From contig NC_045696.1 in NCBI RefSeq assembly GCF_009834535.1, positions 32,490,001 to 32,554,000 on the forward strand: a stretch of DNA of 64,000 nucleotides, read 5' to 3'. The notes beneath the pieces were generated by a model, which had not been told where the DNA came from, made no database searches, and saw only the letters and a list, made by a program, of their open reading frames with translations. Of this stretch, positions 26,106-38,739 are shown piece after piece (position 1 is the stretch's first letter; each line of letters begins with the position of its first letter). A program made the translations under genes and the position numbers. Source of the DNA: Camelus ferus. Its lineage: Eukaryota.

Positions 26106-26744
26106 GGATTAAGTTTTTGATATGGGAGTGGGAGGAGTAAAAGTAAAATCATTTTTACAGATACCTATTTAGCTTATACTATAAAACAGTGTGATAAAAT
26201 TAGTGGTGGGAGTGGGTTAAAGTAGTGTAATAATTTAAATTCAAATGTTATACATGATGGTACCTTGGTGACATGCTGTCTGTTAGAAATGTGATTGAAC
26301 TGGAGTCAACAGGAAGCTGCTCAGTATTGTAAAGAATATGGAGAAGTAACAGAAAAGACTAGTCCTGAGTGGGCAGGTGTGCCATGCAGGAACGGCATCT
26401 AAGGAGACCCAAAAGTTTAATTCAAATAATAGAAGTGATTAGAACTAGGTTCCATCAAACAGCATCACGTACGATCTTTAGAGTATTTCTTGGGAATCAG
26501 GCAGGAATGCGCAGTACTGTAGAAACTTTGGAAGCGAGAGAAAAGAAGAAAGAATTCAACTTCAGTTAAGAAAAGATAGCAAGTGGGTTGTGACTCAAGG
26601 TAAGAGTGAAATTTACAATGGGAGAGAAGATATGGTGTACCATGCAATATCACTAGTAAAATTTAAAGGAAGAAAACCTGAACCAAAGTCTCATCTTTTC
26701 AGTTAGGCTAGAATTGACTACAGTATTTAAAATCCAGAAGTTTA

Positions 26745-26840
26745 CCTGGTCTGTTTATCCACAAATGTATTACAAATGCCTAGAACTGTGTCTGACATGT
26801 AGAAGGTGATCAAAAACTATTATTAGAATGGACAAATGGG
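26745..26840 (+). mobile_element. L2 3' end
   Basis: ATGCCTAGAACTGTGTCTGACATGTAGAAGGTGATCAAAAACTATTATTAGAATG. Confidence 0.7.
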
Positions 26841-27999
26841 TACTTCGATCTGTTTGTTGATCATTGTTCCTTGAGTAATAGAACATGATGAGCCAGGCAA
26901 AGAACATTTTTGGCAAGGGAGGTTGTGTTAGAGAAAATCAGAAGAGGAATTCAGCTGGACCATTCCATCCTTAGTACCAGAAAGTGACTTACTTCAAATT
27001 TCTACTGGATTTAATAAGGTCTATTTATATTCAAACTGCCTATTTGAATTACACCCTGGATAAAATGGAAGGATTTAATAGGTTTAGATTTCAGAATCTT
27101 AGAAAAAATGAGACATATCATTATTTAACACTGCCTTCAAAGAACTCACAAACTTTTTATGGATATAAAATATATTTGCATTTTCACACAATCAAATAAC
27201 AATGCAAAAAAAAACTTGTACATTATAAAGTGGTGATGCAGAAATTCATATGAGTTAACAAGGCAGGACCACTTGGTGTGGAATAATTATGACCTAGGAA
27301 TAAAGGTAAAAAAGGAGGATGTTGGGATAATTTCAAAAAACTTAAAAAAAAAATTAAACCATATGCTGAAATGTAAGTGGAATTTGTGATTCAAAAGAAA
27401 AAGGAAATAAAAGAGAAATAGAGGAAGGAGTCACATGGAGTTTTTTCAAAGTTGAATTTAGAAAAAAGTTTGTGAGAATTTAGTAGTTTAAAATGGGAAA
27501 AATGTATTGGTGATTTTTCTTCTGGAAATGTTCCAAGAGTGACTATGATGATTTTCTGAAAAGATTGTAAAGGAAAAATTTTGCAACTAATTGTAGATAG
27601 TCAAACAAATGTTTTCCAAGGTTATTTGTATTTTAAAATTCAGGGTTTGATGATATCATGAGTGTGTTACTAGATTTCAAATGAGAAGATGACTGGAGTG
27701 GCATAAGCACGAAAACTGGTGTGAGAAAGTCAGAAATAAACGATGTAAAATAAAAGACGATTTCTTTATTTCTAGCTCCTTCACTTACCTCTCAAAATTG
27801 CACTGAGTATCCTTCATCCTTGAAAAAAATCCAATGTTTAACATGTCATATCAGTTAATTTGAAATGATATCACTTGTTTTGTGATACATTAAAAACAAC
27901 TTTAAAATACACGAAAATTCCACAGCTGCATGCTGCAGATTTGTTGTTTTATTCATGGTATTTTTATTTGATGTGATATTTAGTGGTTACCTTTATCAC

Positions 28000-28455
28000 T
28001 TAGGGCAGAGGCTAAAGCTGCTCTAATGGACATTTCAAAATAGACTAATTTAAATACATAGTTTTTTTATGGCTCTCTTATGCAGTAGCCTTAAAGCAAG
28101 GGAGTGTTCCAGGCTGTCAGGAGTCTCAATTTCATATAATCACTCAGGGATGCAGGTTTGGTCAATCTTGTCCCTCTGCCATATTATAGAATGCTGACTT
28201 CTTGTCCATGTGGTCCCATTTGGATGAAACCATTGTTCCAGCTTCTATGAAGTAGAAAAAAAGTTAGGAAGGAAACGAGATCAAAGTGTGAAGTCCCAGA
28301 TTCAGAAGCAATATACTTCACTTCTGCTTAATTCTATCAACAAAAGCTTAATTATACCTAACTTCAAAGGAAACCGGCAGCCATCTGCCCTGCTACCAAT
28401 ATATTGCTAAGGAGAGACAGAAAACCAAATTTAGGTGGCCAATCTGTGCCAAACA
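28000..28455 (-). mobile_element. MaLR LTR (old MLT1)
   Basis: TCACTCAGGGATGCAGG...CTCTGCCAT, TCACTTCTGCTTAATTC, CCTAACTTCAAAGGA, TCTGTGCCA end. Confidence 0.65.
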
Positions 28456-29579
28456 CCCAAAATAAAAGACAGAACATGAGGTATCAACCTACTCAAATCA
28501 TCAGGGTGTTTGAATTTTTTAAAGTTACATTTCTCTAAGAGTATGTATCTTTTGGTAAACAAAGGAACATGAAAATTACCATAGTTGATTTAAGGATAAT
28601 CTACTGTCATTTTCTTTCCTGGTTATAGTTTTAGTGTCTTTATGCTTTTATTGTGAAAGTTTGTTTCTGACAGAGGCAAAATGGAACTAATTAGACATTA
28701 GACATTAAACATTAGAATTATAAAGCAGTATTTTTATTAAAAACAAGTCTCTGTAATATCTTCACTTAAGATTAATATCAGTTTGTACATAAATGAAGAA
28801 ACTCCTAATCCTAATACACCAGGTCATTTTATTCTTCATACATTTTCTCTACCTTAGGGATCTAATAAAATCCAAATTTAAGTGTAGCCTTCAATCTCTA
28901 GGCAAACATAAGAGGATTCTTTAACAGACTGTATAGAACTTGATGATGGAAGCTTCAATTATTTTAAAGTAATCCAGACTTTTCTTATTTCTGGTGACAT
29001 AGTTTAATGGAATGATTTATTTTTAATGATGTATTTTTATACCACAGTCTTCCACTACAACTCAAAAATTCTTTTTAACTTAATATTTACTATATGTTTT
29101 TCATTTCTCAATTATTTGTCTATTTTGTTCATTTAGTTGCTTGCTAAAACATTTTCTTTTTAAATTACACAGAACATTTTCTTAACTATTCTCACTTGTC
29201 CTGAAGAAAATGTGTAAGATTTAGATTTTTATATACAGATATGTTTGTAGATAGATGGAATACACAGAAATGTAAATATAGATACTGATATCTACAAAGA
29301 TACAAAGACATAGAAATATAGACATGAATGCAGATGTAGATATATACAAATCTACTCTGTGTTCCTGTATCTAATTTATTGTGACATTTCCACCAACATT
29401 CACAAAAATTGGGTCACATTAGAAAATATGATATATAGTTATTGAAATTATAAATCTAAATATGAAATCTTTTCAATAATAATCTTCAGTGATTACATTT
29501 AAAATGTTCATTGTTCTTTTTTTTTTTTTTTTTTTGGCTTGTGCAATTTTGAGCTGATGTCATGTTATATATGTTGGGG

Positions 29580-29800
29580 GAGAAATACTTACTAAAAGCC
29601 TGGCATGCCCCATGTGTTTTATATACATCTTATTTATGCTCACAAAACCTCCACATGGTACATAGTATTAATACTTCCCTCTCTTTTCTAAAAGATGGGG
29701 AAATTAAGTCTCAGATAGATTAAGGTATTTGATAATTCTACTGAGCTATCAGTTGGTAGAGCATCTGACTTTAAAGTTTGGGCCTTTCTGTCACAATACA
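29580..29800 (-). mobile_element. MIR SINE
   Basis: TCTTATTTATGCTCACAAAACC...AGATGGGGAAATTAAGTCTCAGATAGATTAAG. Confidence 0.7.
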
Positions 29801-31639
29801 TAAATTCCCTTTGTAAATTACTGCTAAATTTCCCTTTGCATATTGAGTTACTAGTTTCTTATAAAACAGTGATGGCAATTATGCATACTATCTTTCTTTC
29901 ATATATGTGTAATTAATACTGTATCTATTTCATACAATCAAAACAGAATCTTCTTAATAAACTGAACAGTTAACTTGATTATTTATTTCATTGGATTTAT
30001 ATATTGTCAGTTATTATAATGAGGGTTAGATTTCCATTGAAAATGAATATTATTCTTTAAAATTCTGCCATTTAAAATGGAGTTTCAATAAATGACTGTA
30101 TTAATTATTTTACTGAGCACAGTGAGAGATAATGAAGGCAGTAACAATCATGGCAGAAATACATTAATATTAAATATTTACCACATAACTCATTCTTATT
30201 GGACACAGCTGTCGATAAAATATGCCCTTACTGTTGACAAGTAGCTCCTGTGTTTTGCTTGTAGATTAGCTTGCAGCCCTGCTCTGTATTCTTTATCTTC
30301 ATCACTGCACCAGTCCTTTAATTAGGCAGTGAAATCTTCTGCATAGTGATTAGGAAATCACAGTTAAGAAGGTGTTACAAAGAGATGTTTCTGGAAGCTA
30401 CTCAAAATAGCTCTATGCTTTGGAAATTCCTCCATGTATGTATCAAGGAAACATGTTCATATTTGAAAAGCAAGTGACAACAGATCTTCAGTTAATCAGA
30501 TTTACCCAATTTTTAATTCTCAATCCTAAATTGTTGGGTGCAAATAGAGAAAGTCTTGAACCATGGTTGGCAAAGAATGGCAACTTCATCACTTAACTTC
30601 GAAATGAAGTGGTAAAGCACTTTTGTATTGGAATTTAAACTGATTTTAGAGTCCAAGAGTATATTTGATCCCATGCAAATAATTTTGTGACTATTTTATG
30701 CTAATAAAATTTGAAAATACACATTAGAAAATTGAGAAACGGATCTATTTGCATAATTCTCCCATTACCAGCATTTTAAATTACAATATTTTATAAGAAG
30801 TACTGATTTCAGAATCAAAATTTATGATTTCAGAATTCAAAACTATAACTGACCAAGGTAAATATGACTTAATATTATCTAAAAGACTATAGGATTTATG
30901 AGACAAGTCATATTTACAGATCATTTTATCACTATGGAAAAATTATTTTTTGTTAATACAACATGTAACATTCAAGTGTAACATTCAAAGTTATTACTAT
31001 TACACAAAACCAAGGTAAGAAAAATACTGTTACTATGAGAAATAATTTTAAGACATAAAAATTCAATGAAATTGGCAAGGAAAGCTGATATGCTTCTAGA
31101 ATGCTAATTAGCATCTTTGAATTTTTTCATCATTTTATGCATTAGAGAGGGTTGATTTTTTCTAAGTCCCCTTTTTTTGTGATTTGGATGAGCTTTTAGT
31201 GATGGCAAAGATGATGAAAGGTAGATCATGCTGTGGGGATGAAGATATTAATATAATTTTGTTAACAAACAGAGCAATGTAGACTATGATAAAAAATAAT
31301 ACGGAAAATACTTTGGAAAATTAAACATGCTGCAATCAGTATCATCATATATTTTAAAGTGGTTCAAATAATATTATTTGACAAGATTTTATGTGGAAAA
31401 GGAGTACAAATAAGCTTTTTTTTTCACCAGTGTAGAATTATTTTAATCTAATTCCAGTTTTTCCTATAAGGACCAAACTATTTTTTGGTGAATAAAATTT
31501 TATCTTGTAGTTAGTCACCTTCTGGAGACAGTTCTAGATCTTTAAGTCACTGATAACTCCCTGGGGAAGATTACAGACTTTCTCTTTCCTATCATTTTTT
31601 TTCTCTGGTTCAATTTTGGAGTACGTATTCTTTCCTACT

Positions 31640-31870
31640 AGGCAGTGAAGGGTAGTTCTTAAGTGTAGAAGCTGTGGATCCAAACTTCCTGGATAGAAAT
31701 CTGAGCTTCTACCACTTGGACAAACTCTTACATCCTTGTGACCAAAATTTCTCATCTAAAAGATAAAAATAATAATCTGTGTGCCTCATTGGGTTGTACT
31801 GATGAAATGAATTGATGTAGATTAAGTTCTTGGAACAGTGCCTGGCAAATGGTGGGCACTTAAGAGTATT
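31640..31870 (+). mobile_element. MIR SINE, near full length
   Basis: CTTGGACAAACTCTTA...TTTCTCATCTAAAAG...CCTCATTGGGTTGT...GAACAGTGCCTGGCA. Confidence 0.85.
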
Positions 31871-33599
31871 GTTTTTAGGCCAGCAAAGCTAACTAATGTG
31901 TGCATTAGTTCACTTTCCTGATCTATTTTTCATAGTTGGATCATCTCCCCACAATCAAATGAAAAATAAAAAAAGAAATTGGAGACCACATAGCAGGTCG
32001 AAATTCAGTTTCAGCATCTATGATATGTATGTATTGCAGTATTCTACTCAGTCCTACACCTTATCTCAGTTCAGGACCTCTCATGTTCACTTTTCCAGAG
32101 TAAAGCCCACCAGTTTTTACATGGGCGAAACGGGAGGGGGGCATTTGTTGGTGTCCTGAACAGACAATAAACCCGTTGCATTCCCACTTCCATTTGTAAT
32201 GGTGAAGATGCCGAAGTTTGGGGGATATTTTGCTGTGTAAATCAATTTGGTTTTCAACTTTACAAACTACTAGTTTAGGATTCTGTTTCTTCCAAACATC
32301 TGATAGGCAACATACCTATTTGTTCCTCTGTTTTTCAGCTTACAAATATCTCTCCTTCTCTCCTCTTCTTCCCTCATTTCTCTCTTCTATTTCCCTTGAT
32401 TATATATGCTTTTTTTGAACATTATTTACCTTTCTTACAGGGCTTGAGGAGGGAGTAAAACGTAAAAAGTATGTAAAAAAAAATTTTGATCTCAGAGCCT
32501 AGAAAATACTCTTCAAAAATTTTTAATTTTTAAAAAAAATTTAAAATAATTGAGGATATTTAATGAGGGACTGAAGGTTGTTTCCTGAAAAACTCTGTTG
32601 ATATTTTGCCAAATTTTCCAGCTCCTTGAAGGGTGAGCATTGCTTAAAAATATAGGTACAGACTCCTGCATCTTTTTCAGGCAACCATTTAGCCTAAACA
32701 GGGGTTTACATGAGGTCCTGATGATGGAGATGTTTGAGAGCCACTGAGTCACACATACTCTTTATCTTTCCTTTGCATCAGGGTTTAATCATCTTGCTTC
32801 TAGACTATAAGAGTAATCGAATAGTTTAAAATATGGAGAGACAGATTTTATTTTCTTTGTTACTTTTAGGCCACTTAAGCCAGGTTGACATTTCTTAGAG
32901 TTAGAATTCCCATATAATTTCAATTAAATGTGGAGGAAGCAATTTCTATTTCAAGACTTAACCTTGTGTTATAATTCATTTTGTGAAGATGTTCCCAAAT
33001 TGTAAAATAAGGAGAGTGGGTAAGTTAGTGGAGAGGATATGCTGCTAGTTTTCATAATTTGTGTGAATACACATTCAAATTTCTCTGATATTTTTGGTTA
33101 AGGCCAAGTTTAAATAAGTTTTAACTTAACTGTATGAGTTTTGTTTTGTTTCAAACCAGGGAGGAAGAGAAGAAATAAAAATATAAAGCATCACATATTT
33201 CCAGCTCTACCCCCAGTTTTCTTTTATTTGCCAAGTAAGAGTCACCGGAATTATGCTGAATGGAGACAGCTAGTGAGATTCCATTTCTGTTAAAGAACTG
33301 AAACGGAAAAGTGGCAGAGGACCAACGACTAGGGCGAATAATGGATTACGGAGGCCAAGAAAGAAAGACCATTATCAAGCAGTCACAAACTCTGAGTTCT
33401 GATCCAGCAATGCCTCGAAACTGGAGCTCTCAAACATTTTGTCCAACCTCTTTTAGCTACAGTTCTCTTACTTATGAAATAACATTAAATATAATTCGCT
33501 CCTTGCATTCCTTAAGTATCGTTGCAAAGATCAGGAGAGTTTTCACTAATGAAAGTAATGAAAACTTGAGTGATAACACATAATATTCAAAGTTATTTT

Positions 33600-33880
33600 T
33601 ATACCTTTATCCATATTAGTCGGAATTCTTCAGAGAAACGGGAGAAACAGTAATTACGTAAAGAGAGGCAGGGCGAGGTGGGGTGGGGGCAGGGCGCTGA
33701 TGAGAATTAGGGTTTGCTTGAGCTAAACTCCGTAGCAAGGCGTCTGGAATTGGAGGCGCCGGAGAGCTGGGCACCAGGTGTGTCTCATCCCAGGATTCCC
33801 GCGCCGCCCCGCGAGAACGCCTGAGATACCGCGAGATTACGTTGCTTCTGGGAACAGTGGATTGAGAAAGCGGAGAAAGA
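33600..33880. promoter_or_regulatory. Small CpG-island-like, promoter-like element (target transcript unknown)
   Basis: 19 CpGs counted in 33601-33880 against a strongly CpG-depleted background. Contains a GC box (CCGCCCC 33804-33810), CGCGAGA at 33810 and 33830, TTCTGGGAA at 33846-33854 and a G4 motif at 33671-33694. Confidence 0.65.
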
Positions 33881-34298
33881 GTGGAGAGGGAAGGGCAGGG
33901 GTGTATTTAAAGTTATTTCTACGTGAGATTGCAGAAGTTTGGTAAATTCAGATTCAGCTTGGTCAGCTGGGAGGCTGGAAACTCAGGAAAGAGCGGCAGC
34001 TGAAGTCTGAAAGCTGTTTGCTGGTAGAAGTTCGTCTTGCTCACAGGAGGTCAGTCTTTGCTCTGTTAAGGCCTTCAACTGTTTGTTTTTTAACGAGGCC
34101 CGTCCACATTACTGGGGGTCATCCCTTTTACTCATAGTCGTCCACATTGCTGGGGGTATCTCTTTTACTCACAGTCCACCAGTTTAAATGTTGAACTTAC
34201 TCAGAAAAACACCTTAACAGAAAGCTTTGAGAATAATGTTTGACCAAATACCTGGGCGCCATGGCCCAGCGGTTTTGGCACACAGGTTGTCAATCACG
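33860..34298 (-). mobile_element. MLT2 (ERVL) solo LTR, B/D-like
   Basis: GGAGGTCAGTCTTT..TTAAGGCCTTCAACTG, GAGGCCC..CCACATT, TTTAAATGTT, AGAATAATGTTTGACCAAATACCTGGG..CCATGGCCCAGC, ending ATCAC. Left boundary uncertain. Confidence 0.88.
34101..34175 (+). repeat. 38/37-bp tandem duplication inside MLT2
   Basis: CGTCCACATTACTGGGGGTCATCCCTTTTACTCATAGT followed by CGTCCACATTGCTGGGGGTATCTCTTTTACTCACAGT (3 substitutions, 1 indel). Confidence 0.95.
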
Positions 34299-34409
34299 TC
34301 ACTTCATTGGATGATTAAAGTAGTCCTATGAATATTTCAAATATTTACATCATATTTCAAGTTGGAAACTTGCACCTTCAAAGAGGAAGTATCAGGATCT
34401 AGAGTATAA

Positions 34410-34565
34410 TTTATATAATAGCGACAGCCTGGCATTTAAAATGTGTGTTTGTGTGGGTGTGTGTGAGCTGATATCCACTTAGAGGGCTGTTGTGCAGATT
34501 TGAAGAGTGGGTCTATGTAAAGCACTTCACACAGCTGGCAAGTTTGAAGGACTCTATGTTATAAA
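34410..34565 (+). mobile_element. MIR fragment
   Basis: AGAGGGCTGTTGTGCAGATTTGA...TATGTAAAGCACTTCACACAG. Confidence 0.6.
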
Positions 34566-37239
34566 TTATTTGTATCTTAAAAACGACTTAGTCGACATGG
34601 GCCAGGCCTGTAAATGTTAACCTGCTTCCTGGCCAAGAGAGAAGCTCCATGCGTTGATAATCTTTCTAAGCTGCAGACTCAACGTCTTTGCAGCTCAAGG
34701 AACGATTTCACAGGTGTAGCTCCAGGCGACATAACAGTTACACCTGGCAGGCACGCACCTACAAAACTCTCCAATCTAGCTTGATACTGAGAAAATAAAT
34801 TTTTTTGGGAAGAGTAACAAAGAGAAAGCCAGGGAGGTTCTGGTAAATACGTAGGGTGTTTTTACCCTCCTGCGGGTTTGATTTTCAGGTGTTTATTTGG
34901 CAGTGTAAGAGTTAGGCAAACGTACAGATTATTTTCAGATGATTTTAATACTGGAATAGTAAGTATAGAACTCAGAGAAAGTTGAATTTAGGTATTCAGA
35001 CCTTTTTAATTGAGGTTTGCTTCAATTAATCTGATTGCAGTACGAAGAAACAGATGTGTGCTTGGGCATTGCCGGGCTTTTGGCTAGTGTGGACCTGGCC
35101 AGTAATTATTCTTTTCAGCTCTGTTAATTTTACCAATTGGTATATTGTATTATGCTAAATTTTATATTGAACAATATGTTTTTCAGCTCTTGCAATAATC
35201 TTGAATTATAAATAATCATTGTAATGAGAAGAGATTTTAAAGACTTCCATCTTTTCTCTTTCCTCCTTTGTTTTGAGGACCCACATAGCGTCTACATTTA
35301 TCTGATTTGGTTATATTCTTACAATGTAATCATTTATTATCTGTCTAAATAGGTACTAGTTTTTGCTAAGCTGTCATGGATTTTATGTAATAATGCATTG
35401 GAGTCTAAGGACTATGTCAATCTGTAAATACAGACCTACCTAATTATGAATATTTTTGTAGCAAAAGAATATGCTTATTTAATTATTTAAACTGCTCAGA
35501 TTTTAAAAAAAATTTAACTTCTAAAATTAATGGAAATTTAAATATATGAAAGAAATTTTAAGGACCAGGCACTGTTTCTAGTTGTTTTAATTTTCTAAAT
35601 GGATTATTATTATTATTTCATTATTTTGATTAAAATCAGTTGAAAGCATTTATTATTTTGCAGAGCTAGAAATATTCAAAATATTCAGATTGGAATGTCT
35701 GTTACATTCATTGTACACAGGTACTTAGAAAGGAAAAAAAATAACAGAAAACTGAGTTCCTGCCTATCATCTAAGTAAGACAGAATAATGAATCATTGAA
35801 GGAAAATTGTCTGCGGGTTGTCTTTATTTCAATCTAATTATACACTGCCTCAGATGATTCACCAATCTATTGAGATGTCTGTTTTTTTCAAAAAGAGATT
35901 TGCCTCAGAAGACCTGACATACTGAAAAATAAATTGCATCTGTTGGGTAAAGTTGTATCAGTATGTTGATGCACAAAGTTTTGAGAACTGTTATAAAGAG
36001 TGAGCTTCTTCATAAAACTTAATAAAATGGGGAAGAGACAAGTAGAACAATTTGAACTTTTATTCTAGCCTTACAATTACATGTAAACATTTTTCAGTAT
36101 TAAGCTATTTGTATATGCTTAAGAATTTTCTCCTCCATCTCTTTTTAATAATATACATATTGAAGAAAATATTTCTTCACTTAAAAAGTAATATTAAAAA
36201 AATAAAGGAAGTTTTCAGGGAATAGTATAGAAATGTCAAATTGAAGAGGGTAGATGAATGAACTCAGCTTGTTTTGCTTCTTGTTCACTCTTTGAGATTT
36301 TTTCATGTTGCATACACGTTATCTATTGCAGTGCAAGATCGACGATTTGCCAGTGCGCTACAGAGCTGAGAAAAGCAGATTGTGCAAACTACTCAACCTG
36401 TTAAAATCTATCCCTTCATTTTTAATAATCAATTGCCATGCACAGAGTAAACTATTATTCTTAATACTTAGCTTGCAAAATAATTTAGAGACTCAGGAGC
36501 AGAATCTACTTTAAAACTGTATCCTTAAAAAGTACACTATGCTAGTTTTGTCCATCTGTCTGTCCATCTACTCACCTATCTATGAACATGACAGTAAAAC
36601 CTCAGGAGTTTGGATATACTTTTGTGAAAGCAAAGATTTTGGACACATTCACCCACCCATCTATTATGGGGGCAATTAAAACATTCCTGAAAGATAATCA
36701 TTTCCTCTCTATTTCAGTATTCATCATGACCGTATAGGAAACCTCTTTGATGACATTCTATTTTCAGCTCACATGATTTGCAGCATGTTAACATTGGGCA
36801 GCAGATTAGTAGCGTGATTAGTTAAAATTTTGCCTGAAGACATAACCATTAGGTATATGTTTTCCAAACTTCAAGAGGCAAGAATACCATATGGTCAAAA
36901 AGTCATCTGTTTCTTTTCTCTTACTCTTACTGACTGAAAAAACGTTAAAAGTTCGCTTTTCAATGGTTAAGTGATCTCATCCTTTTTTTTCAAAAAAAAT
37001 GCTAGTATTAGTTATTTATAGGAAAATTCTCTATTAATAGTCCTTTACTTTAACACCTGGCTTGTCAACATCCTTATATATCCAAAGAAGGGAGAGATTT
37101 AAGCAGAAGGTGAATATAAGAAAAAAAAAAAGAATGTGTTAAAATTTTTAGTAGTGGTTCTAAATACTCTGAACTGTAAAGGTAGTTTAGAGTTTATATA
37201 GCACCTTTTATAGATTATAGAAGAGTAGATTAGATCCTC

Positions 37240-37370
37240 TTCCCATGTATATATTATTTTCTGTGTTCTCATGGAGCTTACATTTAGAAGAAAAAACTAA
37301 GGAACAAGGTGATGTACAGTGTTAAGTGTTACGATGATAAAAGAGTAGAGTGAGCTAGAATGATTGAGGT
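37240..37370 (-). mobile_element. L2 fragment
   Basis: CTCATGGAGCTTACATTTAG...TACAGTGTTAAGTGTTACGATG. Confidence 0.55.
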
Positions 37371-38739
37371 CAACATTTTCTGAAGCATTTATCTTTCTCT
37401 AACAATTCTTTTAATGATATCTTCTGGGTTATCTAGATACTGTACTGGACCATCCTCTTGCCTTCTGCAAGGATGATGAAGGAACCCTGGGCTATGTGTA
37501 CAATGAACCGGTCAGATAGTCTTGACCCCTGAATAATTTAATAGCAGCTCCATCTGGCTCTATCCCCTAAATCACTCCAGTTAACTAGCAAAGTATTAAA
37601 ATTCTTAGCTATTTTAAGGTTTTATTTATTTTAAAAACATAGTTGGAAAACTATTAATGGGCTACCATAATTCAAAATAAGAGTTATTGTGAAATATTAA
37701 ATTGAACCGTAATATGGGCTTTCTAATAAGGCTTTAATATCTTCTTTAATTATATAACAATTTGAAATGAAAACTGTAGATAGTATGATTAGTTTAGAAT
37801 CATTTCCTGACCATGGAGACCTTTCATAAATTAGTTTTTTATAAACCTCTTTTCATGAATTTGATAAGGCTTTTCCACAGCATGTTATATATAACAGTCT
37901 AAAGGCAAATGTTAATACAAAGTTTTCTGTTTTGAAATCTATTTACTAAATGTGAAATATTCGTAATGATGTTGAAAATTGAGATTATTCAACAACAGTG
38001 ATGTGTTATGGAACATGAAACACTTTTGGCTTACCTTATAAGAGAATTGAGTCCTTGTTATCAGTGATTTTATTTTTAAATCTGAGTCATTGTATACATC
38101 TATAATATGTCTGAAAATGTGAATGTGGTAATATAGTGATTGAACAAGGTGCTTTGAGTGATAAAGTTTTGTTCGATTAAGTGGCAATGAGATTTGGCTC
38201 TTCATTTCACCTTCACAATTGGTTGGAAGAGTTGACCAGAAAATGAAACAAACAAAAAATGGAAACTTACCATTTCCTAGGGTAGGAAGCAACCTAGGGA
38301 ATTTGATTATTGCAGAAACAAGTTTAATAAGGGATAAGCTGTATAATGTTTTATTGAAATGGAACTCTTTCCTTGACCTAATGTCTTGAGACTTCATTGA
38401 ATTCTGGTGAATTGTAAAGCTAAAGAAGCAGGGTGGAGGGGAGGCAGGAGATGGATAAAAAGGAGCCATTGGACATGGCCAAGGGGACATTGGCAGTAGG
38501 ACATAGTGTATTGTTGTTATTGAAGTTATTACACACTTGCAGTGTGCTCAGCCTTATGCCATGTTTTTCATAGGCATTTATCGCTTACTTCTTGGACCAC
38601 ATATATAAAATATGAAGTATTTTAACTATTGCACTGTGAAAAGGTAGCTATTGGTTGGGGAAACTCCCATCTAGAGTCCAAGCATCAAGAGAAGTTTCAT
38701 GTAAGTGGAGTGATACAGGGGAACTGAACTGCTATGACA

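Noticed and set aside
33311..33583. 90-aa ORF next to the CpG patch
   Set aside because: Starts at GTG, peptide not recognisable, and no splice support.
37939..38490. Longest ORF in the track (183 aa, minus strand)
   Set aside because: No recognisable domain, F/L/S/I/K-rich composition typical of translated AT-rich non-coding DNA, and no supporting gene structure.
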